A stretch of 64,000 bases of DNA from Polyangiaceae bacterium (lineage in GTDB: Bacteria; Myxococcota_A; Polyangia; Polyangiales; Polyangiaceae): contig JBILLK010000003.1 in the NCBI GenBank assembly GCA_044376115.1, positions 32,001 to 96,000 of the forward strand, read 5' to 3'. The notes under the pieces are model-generated. The model made no database searches. It saw only the letters and a program-made list of their open reading frames with translations, and was not told the origin of the DNA. This document shows positions 11,836 through 19,479 of the stretch, one piece after another. Position 1 is the stretch's first letter; each line of letters opens with the position of its first letter. Position numbers and translations under genes: made by a program.

Positions 11836-13227
11836 TCAGAAGAAGTACTCGGCGACGACGAGGCCACGGCGCCAAAGCTCAAGGATGTGAAAGGCGCGTA
11901 CTTCGCCCTTGAAGGCGAGCTCGAAGGTGCCGTTGGGCAGCCGCCGTTCGCTGCTCTCGAAGTTGAGCGGGAGCACCCAAAGGGCTAGCTCGTCATCGAT
12001 CTGAATGCCGGTGTCCGGCCGCTCCGCAACGCGTACGCGCAGCGTGACTGTCCGCATTTCATCGCGCGTTTTGCAATCCTGCTCGTAGTTGAGCTTGCCG
12101 TCGGGCCCAACGCCGCTGGGCTTGTCGGCGGGCTTGCAGTCATACGGCACAGCCTTCTTCTCGGCCCTGCCGACGAGCGTCAGCAACAGCTCGTTGGTCT
12201 GCGCATCCTCATTCAGGCTCTTCACCGAAAGCGGCGCACCAAAGGCCTCACGGCCAAGCGCAGCGAGCACTGGCTCCGGGGGAGGTGCGGCCTTCGCTGG
12301 CTTGGCGCGCTTGGTCGCAGGCTTCGTTTCGGGAAGGCCGCGCACGGTTTGGGGCGCATCGTAGCTCGGTAGAGCGACCTCGCTCTCAGGCAGCTTGAGC
12401 TCGAGATCGCGGGCTTCACGCACGCGCTTCTCCAGCTCTTCACGACGGCCCTCTACCGAGGGTGACTTGACGAGATGGAGCGGTGTTTCGGCTGGTTCTT
12501 GCCAGTTCGGCAGGCCTTGCAAGCAGCTCAGCTCGAGCTCCTCTGCGGGGCTGAAAAGCGGGCGCAACAGCGCTGCATCGTCGTCGCGTTGGTGTTGGAA
12601 GTCGTACAGCTGCTTGCGACCGAACTTGTCGAACGACTCGGCGATCAGCAGCTCCAGCCCATAACGAGGACCTGCAAAATCGGTGGACGTTCCCTTCAGC
12701 TCTGCGCGTAACCGCAACAGGCCGCCCAAAACGACGTACGGATTGGCGCTCTGTTCGAGCGTGGCCTTCTCCTTGCGAATGCGCGCTTCGACCTGTTCGA
12801 GCGTGGCCAGCCGTTCCTTGTGCCTAGCAGCGCACTGGTCGAAGTGAAGTTGCATCGAGCGTGCGTAGGTGAGCCCGCGAAAGACCACGAAGGCCTCTGC
12901 GTCGCTGCTCGCGACCTTGTCCCAGCCCGGTAGCCACTCAGCGCTGGGATTGCTGAGATACGCCTTCGGATTACGCAGCGAGCCCTCCGGCGCGAGCCCT
13001 GCGTTGCGCACGAAACGGTCGGTGCAAGCCGACAAGAACAGCGAGCAATCGGCCGAGGCGAGATCGCCCGCCGACCAAGCATCCCAGCTCGATCGCACCT
13101 GTAGCTGCAGATCGGCGGTGGTTGGCTCACGGGGGGCGAGGGGAACGGGTGCGGCCGTGCAACCAGCAGCTACGCAAAGCCCCACGAGGCTAGCGGCGAT
13201 GCGGTGCGATGACGGCCCGCCCACCAT
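11836..13227 (-). CDS. Hypothetical lipoprotein
   Basis: 463-aa ORF in a same-strand gene run; lipobox VAAGC. Confidence 0.7.
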   Translation of the reverse strand: MVGGPSSHRIAASLVGLCVAAGCTAAPVPLAPREPTTADLQLQVRSSWDAWSAGDLASADCSLFLSACTDRFVRNAGLAPEGSLRNPKAYLSNPSAEWLPGWDKVASSDAEAFVVFRGLTYARSMQLHFDQCAARHKERLATLEQVEARIRKEKATLEQSANPYVVLGGLLRLRAELKGTSTDFAGPRYGLELLIAESFDKFGRKQLYDFQHQRDDDAALLRPLFSPAEELELSCLQGLPNWQEPAETPLHLVKSPSVEGRREELEKRVREARDLELKLPESEVALPSYDAPQTVRGLPETKPATKRAKPAKAAPPPEPVLAALGREAFGAPLSVKSLNEDAQTNELLLTLVGRAEKKAVPYDCKPADKPSGVGPDGKLNYEQDCKTRDEMRTVTLRVRVAERPDTGIQIDDELALWVLPLNFESSERRLPNGTFELAFKGEVRAFHILELWRRGLVVAEYFF

Positions 13228-13231
13228 GGTG

Positions 13232-14116
13232 CTACTTCACCGCCATCCAGCTGGGAGTACCGCTGGGAGCGCCGGTGTCGATGTCCACGCCATAGCTCGG
13301 AAACACCTGCTGGCACTCGGGATCCATCGGGCCCGACATACAGCCGGGCGCTCCACCTTGGTCGGCCGCAAGATCGACGTTCTTCACCAGCTCGGCGTAG
13401 TCGAGCACCACGATGCCATCGGCGGGATACGCCAGATCGATCTCGGCGACGTTCAAGCGATCACATACGGCCTCGCTGCCAGAGCCGGAGCAATCGGTGC
13501 TCGCGAGGTGAAGCAAGAACGGCTCACCGCCGACGGGAGCTGCGTCCATGCGCACGAATTTGTAGCCCGTCTGCCAATCCCAGAACATGCCGGAGAGGTT
13601 GAGGGGTGAGGGAGCCGTCGCCGAATCACCGTGATTGAGCGCCTCGGGAACGCCGACCTTGAAGCGAATGCGGTCCGGCGTTGGTCCGCTCGGGAGCGTG
13701 CCTTTGATGACGTTGTTGGTCTCGCTGGTGCCGTTGTCGCATGAGCCAACGTTGTCCTCGAAGTCCAAGAGCACCAGGTCTTGGTACTGCCACAGGCCGT
13801 CTTGCTCGAGCTCGAGCGGGACCTCTTGTTCACCTCGCACCAGGCGAACGTCGTGCACGTAGAGCTTGAAGTCGAGGAACTCCACCGTCGCGCTCGAGCT
13901 ACCAAGGTTGGTAAAGGTGGACTCGCACGAGAACGGGTCGCCGTTGACGCGTGCCTCGAACGAGAGCTCGAGACTTTGAGCGGCGGCGCCACCGCCGCCC
14001 TCCGCTGCGCCACCGCCACCTTGGGGGTCCCCACCCGAGCCGGAACCGCCTGAACCGGAATCACCGCAAGCGACGGTCAACCCAGCGAAAGCAAAGCACA
14101 GCGCGATGAGCCTCAT
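13232..14116 (-). CDS. MbnP-family (MXAN_0976/AZL_007920-like four-Cys) copper-binding lipoprotein
   Basis: WQYQDLVLLDFEDNVGSC, P.PLN...MFWDWQTGYKF (WxW), HLASTDC, GCMSGP.DPEC; lipobox LTVAC. Confidence 0.85.
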   Translation of the reverse strand: MRLIALCFAFAGLTVACGDSGSGGSGSGGDPQGGGGAAEGGGGAAAQSLELSFEARVNGDPFSCESTFTNLGSSSATVEFLDFKLYVHDVRLVRGEQEVPLELEQDGLWQYQDLVLLDFEDNVGSCDNGTSETNNVIKGTLPSGPTPDRIRFKVGVPEALNHGDSATAPSPLNLSGMFWDWQTGYKFVRMDAAPVGGEPFLLHLASTDCSGSGSEAVCDRLNVAEIDLAYPADGIVVLDYAELVKNVDLAADQGGAPGCMSGPMDPECQQVFPSYGVDIDTGAPSGTPSWMAVK

Positions 14117-14165
14117 GCGAACAAGCTTTGCTCGATCAACGCCCGACTGCAAGAGCCGCAAAGGC

Positions 14166-14657
14166 TCAGCGCCGTCGACTGTAAGTCTCTGAAAGGTTCG
14201 ACATCATCTCGGCCAGGATGCCGTCTGCGACCCGCAAGCGACGCGACATCTCCCGGGCGATGTTGAGCACGACGATGGCGTAGGCCTTCAGGTCCTTGCG
14301 ATACAACGCCTCGAGATCGCTGGCCGACATCTTCAGCACGCGCGCAGGCGCGACCGAGCGGATGGTCGCCGAGCGCGGCATGATGTCGAGGATCGACATA
14401 TCGCCGAACCAGTCTCCAGGACCAAACACGGCCACGCGCGCCTCACGCAGGCCTTTGGAAGCCTTGATGACCTCCATCTCGCCGGACAAAAGGACGAACA
14501 ACTCGCGACCGTGGTCGCCCTCGCGAAAGACGATCTCGCCTGGTTGCAGCAAGAGCACCGGGAGCTTTTGCACGAAGTCGGTAAGGACACTTTCGTCGAG
14601 GCCGCCGAACAGGCCGATCTCAGCGAGCTCTTCAAGTGAAGGAATGTCTGCCTGCAT
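14166..14657 (-). CDS. Stand-alone cyclic nucleotide-binding domain protein
   Basis: GEIVFREGD.G.ELFVLLSG, GPGDWFGDMS, PRSAT; no HTH. Confidence 0.9.
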   Translation of the reverse strand: MQADIPSLEELAEIGLFGGLDESVLTDFVQKLPVLLLQPGEIVFREGDHGRELFVLLSGEMEVIKASKGLREARVAVFGPGDWFGDMSILDIMPRSATIRSVAPARVLKMSASDLEALYRKDLKAYAIVVLNIAREMSRRLRVADGILAEMMSNLSETYSRRR

Positions 14658-14693
14658 GATGAACTCTCTTGCGATGAAAGGGAGGCGTTGCGG

Positions 14694-15455
14694 CTAGGTC
14701 GGTACGCAGGTGCCGTACGTCACCGTGCCAATGATGAGCGGGGTCCCGGGGGCGACCTCCGCGGCGGAACAAACTGTGTTGGCTGGGCAATCCGGAAGGG
14801 CGAAGTCGCACCACATACGGCATTCGTTGGCACCTTCACCAGCACAGAGGTGCTTGGGCGCGCATTCGGACGTCACGGAGCACGAATCTCCTTGTTGCTT
14901 GGCGCCAGAAGCCCGGCAAGCGGTGAAAGGAATGGCTCCCGTCACGTCGTATTGGCAGGAGGTGCCGCCGACCGAGCAGCCAACGTTGGTGATCAGGTTG
15001 CAGTTCTCCGAGCAAACCGGATCATCGGGAAAGCCGTTGATGGTGACCGCGCACTTACCGCCGGGGGCTTCACACTCGTCATCCCCAGCGCAAAACTGTG
15101 CGCAGATGGTGGGTCCGCCATCGAAGCCGATACAGACTGAGCCAGGCCCGCAGTAGTTTTGCGCATCGCATTCGAAGCCCGCTGCGACTGGACCGGCCAG
15201 CACGCACTGACGGCTGCCAGAGCCGCTGATGGAACACGCCTCGTCGGCCCCACAGCCACATTGCGGCGCGATCAGCTTGCAGGGGTCTTCGTCGCAGGTG
15301 GAGCTGCCACCCAAGCCGCCCGCTCCGCTGGAGCTCTCACCGCCGGCGCCTGTGTTTGCACCTGCGCTTTCACCTCCGGCGCTCGAGCCCGTGACGGGAT
15401 TCGAATCAGCGCAAGCCGCGAGTATGACTAGGCCAAGCACGAGAACGTTGCGCAC
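14694..15455 (-). CDS. Cys-rich lipoprotein of unknown function
   Basis: GGAGG RBS before GTG 15455; lipobox LAAC; Gly/Ser linker followed by many Cys-rich modules. Confidence 0.75.
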   Translation of the reverse strand: MRNVLVLGLVILAACADSNPVTGSSAGGESAGANTGAGGESSSGAGGLGGSSTCDEDPCKLIAPQCGCGADEACSISGSGSRQCVLAGPVAAGFECDAQNYCGPGSVCIGFDGGPTICAQFCAGDDECEAPGGKCAVTINGFPDDPVCSENCNLITNVGCSVGGTSCQYDVTGAIPFTACRASGAKQQGDSCSVTSECAPKHLCAGEGANECRMWCDFALPDCPANTVCSAAEVAPGTPLIIGTVTYGTCVPT

Positions 15456-15529
15456 GGGAACCTCCCGAAGAAAGATGCGCGTAGGGTAGCCCATTCGACG
15501 GTCTCCGTAACGGGCTGATACCGCTTCAC

Positions 15530-16120
15530 TCAGGGAGCGAAGTTCTGGTTGGCCCAAACGCCCTCGGCGGAGGTCGAGAAGCCGCAGGCAACCTTGGTGT
15601 AACCGAGATTGGACATATTGATGTAGTGGCCGTGCTCCTCGAACGGCTCGCCCGGGCCCTCGTCCCACATGGCTTGTAGACAGCCGTTTACGACGTCGCT
15701 CTCAGAGCCCCAGTTTGGACAGGAGTTTTGTGCGTTCTCGCCGCATGCGCCGAAGTTGCCGTGAGCCGAGTTGGTGGCTTGGTCATCGGCCGATTGTTGA
15801 TCGGTGCAGGCCTCACCATCGGTCCAGCGTTGGAGCGGGGGAAGGCATTGGCACTCCCAACGAAATTGATTGATGCGGTCCACGCAGTCTTGGTGGATGT
15901 CCCCTGTGCCGGCGAGCGGTGTGGGTGTGCAGCCAGCGATCGGCGCGGCGAGCGGGCCGTTGCTGCAAGCCGATGCGCCGCCACCAACGCCAGGTCCAGC
16001 GGGTCCCGGCCCTGCTGCACCGCCCTCGCCTCCGCTGCCGCCGTCGGACCCCGCGCTCGAGCTGTCACCACAGCCAAATACCAGCGTTAGCCCCAGCAGC
16101 AGCATCAGGTTGCGCTTCAT
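15530..16120 (-). CDS. CAP/SCP domain lipoprotein
   Basis: CVDRINQFR...LPPL.RW, AHG.F, MW.E...GHYINM...YTKVACG; lipobox VFGC. Confidence 0.85.
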   Translation of the reverse strand: MKRNLMLLLGLTLVFGCGDSSSAGSDGGSGGEGGAAGPGPAGPGVGGGASACSNGPLAAPIAGCTPTPLAGTGDIHQDCVDRINQFRWECQCLPPLQRWTDGEACTDQQSADDQATNSAHGNFGACGENAQNSCPNWGSESDVVNGCLQAMWDEGPGEPFEEHGHYINMSNLGYTKVACGFSTSAEGVWANQNFAP

Positions 16121-16255
16121 GCGCCGAGTCTAAACGAATGCGTTAGAGTGTCGCCATGTTCGCTCGCTGAATGTCCACCGAGCCCGGCGTGTCCGGGCGT
16201 AGAACGGTGCCGTAGCGACGGAACATTTCCGGGACGCGGTGCCGAAGGAGCACCC

Positions 16256-17380
16256 ATGTCCCTACTTGAATCGCTTCAGACTCGAATTGAGACCGTTGTT
16301 CAGGCTGCCGAGGCCAACGCCCTTTCCGTGGATGGCGGTAGCTTCCCCTCGGCAACCCTCGAGGCCGCTCGACAGCAAGGGTTGCTCGGCCTGGTTTCCT
16401 CGATCGAGGTGGGTGGGCTCGGCGGCGGCCTCCTCGAAGCCTCCGCGCTCGTTGAGCGCCTAGCGCGCGTGTGTGGCTCGTCGGCGATGGTGGTGTCGAT
16501 GCACTTTGCTGCGACCGCCGTGATCGAAGCACACGGGCCGCGCGAGCTGCGCAGCGCGATTGCTGCGGGCAAGCACCTCTCGACGCTCGCCTTCTCCGAG
16601 TTCGGTTCGCGCAGTCACTTCTGGGCGCCCGTTTCGACTGCGACCGCGCAAGCTGGGGAGATCGTTCTCAACGCCAAGAAGAGCTGGGTTACGTCGGCTC
16701 GTCACGCCGACAGCTACGTATGGTCGAGTAAGCCGAGCGAAGGCAGTGAGCTGTCTTCGTTGTGGTTGGTGCCGCGAGCAACCGCCGGTGTTTCGGTGGT
16801 CGGGGCGAACTTCGATGGCTTGGGTTTTCGCGGTAACGATTCGAGCCCAATCGTCGCCGAAGCGGCGAAGATTCCCGCCTCCGCGCGGCTCGGTGAAGAA
16901 GGCGCGGGCTTCGGCATCATGATGGGAGTCGTGCTGCCGAGCTTCAGCGTGCTCAACGCCTCTGCGTCGGCTGGGCTGATGGAGGGCGCGACCAGCAAGA
17001 CCGCCGCTCACGTCGGGAGCACCCGCTTCGAACACGCCGGCAGCTCGCTCGCCGACCTACCGACGATTCGCGCGTACGTCGCGCGCATGCGCATCAAAAC
17101 CGATCAGGTGAAGGCGCTGATCGACGACACGATTCGGGCGCTCAGCAGCGGTCGCGCCGACGCTCAACTGCGCGTGCTCGAATGCAAAGCCGCTGCAGGC
17201 GATGCCGCCATCGAGGTGACCGACCTTGCGATGCGCGTCTCGGGTGGCGCTGCCTTCCGCAAAGAAGTCGCCGTCGAACGCTACTTCCGTGACGCGCGCG
17301 CGGCTGCGGTGATGGGACCGACGAGCGACGTGCTCTACGACTTCATCGGTAAGGCCGTGTGCGGCATGCCTCTCTTCTAA
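16256..17380 (+). CDS. Acyl-CoA dehydrogenase-fold flavoprotein (non-canonical; catalytic Glu not evident)
   Basis: LAFSE.GS, LNAKKSWVTS, GLGFRGNDS, AMRVSGGAAF, VERYFRDARA; AAGGAG RBS before ATG 16256. Confidence 0.9.
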   Translation: MSLLESLQTRIETVVQAAEANALSVDGGSFPSATLEAARQQGLLGLVSSIEVGGLGGGLLEASALVERLARVCGSSAMVVSMHFAATAVIEAHGPRELRSAIAAGKHLSTLAFSEFGSRSHFWAPVSTATAQAGEIVLNAKKSWVTSARHADSYVWSSKPSEGSELSSLWLVPRATAGVSVVGANFDGLGFRGNDSSPIVAEAAKIPASARLGEEGAGFGIMMGVVLPSFSVLNASASAGLMEGATSKTAAHVGSTRFEHAGSSLADLPTIRAYVARMRIKTDQVKALIDDTIRALSSGRADAQLRVLECKAAAGDAAIEVTDLAMRVSGGAAFRKEVAVERYFRDARAAAVMGPTSDVLYDFIGKAVCGMPLF

Positions 17381-17389
17381 GGAACGACG

Positions 17390-18226
17390 ATGAACAAGCG
17401 ACCGTTGTTACTTGGTGCAGTTGCCTACGACGCTAAAGTGGTCCCGATTTGGGACGGCTTTGGAGCTTTCTTCGAGGCCCACGGCCTGCCCTTCGACTAC
17501 GTGCTCTACACGAACTACGAACGTCAGGTTGACGCCCATCTGCGCGGCGAGATCGACGTCGCCTGGAACTCCCCGTTGGCCTGGCTGCAAGCCGAAGCCG
17601 GGGCGAGCCAGCTAGGCAAGAAGGCGCGCGCCGTGGCGATGCGCGACACCGATCTCGACCTCACCAGCGTGATCCTGGTGAAGAAGGACGCGCCGATCAA
17701 TTCGCTCGCAGACCTCGCCGGGAAGAAGCTCGGTGTAGGCGCTGCGGATTCGCCGCAGGCAACGCTCATCCCTTTGCTCGAGGTCGCCGAGGCAGGCGTC
17801 GAGCCCAATCGCGACGTTGAGGTCGTGCGACACGACGTGCTGCTCGGTAAGCATGGTGATCACATCGGCGGCGAGCGTGACGCCATTCGCGCGTTGCTCT
17901 CGGGCAACGTGGATGCGGCGGTGGTGCTCGACGGCAACCACTTGGCGTTCTCCCGCGAGAGGCTCTTCGCGCTGGGCGAATTGCGGGTGCTGCATCAGAC
18001 CGGCCTTTACGACCACTGCAACTTCACCGTTTTCGACGACGCACCGGAGAGCATCGCGCGCTTCGTCGAGTTACTGCTCGGCATGTCCTACGCCGATCCG
18101 AACGTGCGCGGGCTGCTCGATTTGGAGGGCCTCAAGAAATGGTGCGTCGGCCGAACCTCTGGCTATGAGCGGCTCGCGCGAGCAACCACGCGCTTTGGCA
18201 CGCTCGAAGATTGGGCCAGGAGTTAG
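17390..18226 (+). CDS. PhnD/SsuA-type substrate-binding-fold protein without a signal peptide
   Basis: Y..QVDA...GEIDVAW..PL, SVILVKKD..INSLADLAGKKL.VG..DS, LLSGNVDAA. Confidence 0.85.
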   Translation: MNKRPLLLGAVAYDAKVVPIWDGFGAFFEAHGLPFDYVLYTNYERQVDAHLRGEIDVAWNSPLAWLQAEAGASQLGKKARAVAMRDTDLDLTSVILVKKDAPINSLADLAGKKLGVGAADSPQATLIPLLEVAEAGVEPNRDVEVVRHDVLLGKHGDHIGGERDAIRALLSGNVDAAVVLDGNHLAFSRERLFALGELRVLHQTGLYDHCNFTVFDDAPESIARFVELLLGMSYADPNVRGLLDLEGLKKWCVGRTSGYERLARATTRFGTLEDWARS

Positions 18227-18234
18227 CCGCGCGA

Positions 18235-19452
18235 ATGACGGGAGTCGGCGTCACCACGGTGGATCTCGAGGATCTTTCGTTTGCGGAAGGTGCGCAGCTG
18301 TTGCTCAAACGCGCCTTCCGCAACGGCGCCAAGGCTCTGCGGGTCCGCGGTCGCGATCCTGCGCTCACGGTTGATCTGCCGGCGTGGACGCGCACCCAGG
18401 GACATCAGCTATGCCGTGAAGACGATGGTTCCTTCACTGTGACGGCTGCGACCTTCGGTCAGGCGCTGGCGCCGGTCTCTGGGCGCTGGCTTGGCGCTGA
18501 GCGTGCCGGCGATTGGAATGCTTGCAACGTTGACGCGGTGGTTGAAACCGCGCCGGCACGTTGGGGACTCGCAGCACGTGGGGCGGCCGTCGAGGCAGGA
18601 TCACCGGCGTTTTCGTTTCGGCTTTCGAGCAAACGTGAGGTTTGGAGCGAGGACGCGGGGCGTTTGTATGCGCTGGCGGCGGCGAATCAATGGGACCCAG
18701 CGACAGCGATCCCGTGGGAGGAGCCTTTCGATTTGCCTCCCGAGGTCGAGGAGGCGGTGGTTTCAGTGATGACCTACCTGATCGAAAACGAGACGGCCGC
18801 GTTGGTTGTCCCGGCCCGCTTCTTGGGGCAGCTGCACCCGCATTTTCGCGAGGTGATGCAGATGATGGCGACGATCGTCGCAGACGAGGCCCGGCACATC
18901 GAGGTCTTCACGCGAAGGGCCACACTGCGTGGCGCAGCCCTCGGTCTTTCCACGGCGGGAGGTCAAACTTCGCTGGCTACCTTGCTGGATGAACCCGACT
19001 TTGCCGTGGCCTCCTTCTTGTTGAGCGTGCTGGGCGAAGGCAGCTTTCTCAGCCTGCTGTGGTTTCTGCACGAGCATGCGCCGGATCCAGTTACGCGAGC
19101 GATCGCGAAGCTGACCGCCCAAGACGAGGCGCGCCATGTCGCCTTTGGCTTGTCCCATCTCGCTCGCCATCTGCAGGCAGACCCTGCCCTTGAACAGCGA
19201 CTCGCTGCGGCGGTTGAGCGACGGCATGCGCACCTGTCCCACACCGCTGGGCTCAACGAGGAGGTGTTCGACGCCTTGGTGCTGCTAGCCGCGGGGAGCT
19301 TCACGCCAGCTGCGTTGCGCAACGGAAGCCTGGCTACGGCCGAGCTGGGGCGCGAGATGGAGCGCGGTCGTCGACAGCGCCTCGTCCGTTTGGGTTTCAG
19401 CGAGGAGCGCGCCGCAAACCTGGCTTCCCTTCATACTAAAAATTTCATGTGA
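18235..19452 (+). CDS. Ferritin-like diiron protein with an N-terminal TusA/SirA-like domain
   Basis: N-terminal VDL...LLKRA...DPA..VDLPAW.R.QGH; C-terminal QWDP..AIPW, ENE, DEARH, LGEG, DEARH. Confidence 0.8.
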   Translation: MTGVGVTTVDLEDLSFAEGAQLLLKRAFRNGAKALRVRGRDPALTVDLPAWTRTQGHQLCREDDGSFTVTAATFGQALAPVSGRWLGAERAGDWNACNVDAVVETAPARWGLAARGAAVEAGSPAFSFRLSSKREVWSEDAGRLYALAAANQWDPATAIPWEEPFDLPPEVEEAVVSVMTYLIENETAALVVPARFLGQLHPHFREVMQMMATIVADEARHIEVFTRRATLRGAALGLSTAGGQTSLATLLDEPDFAVASFLLSVLGEGSFLSLLWFLHEHAPDPVTRAIAKLTAQDEARHVAFGLSHLARHLQADPALEQRLAAAVERRHAHLSHTAGLNEEVFDALVLLAAGSFTPAALRNGSLATAELGREMERGRRQRLVRLGFSEERAANLASLHTKNFM

Positions 19453-19479
19453 GATCGTACGAGCAACGCAGCGCGTAAT

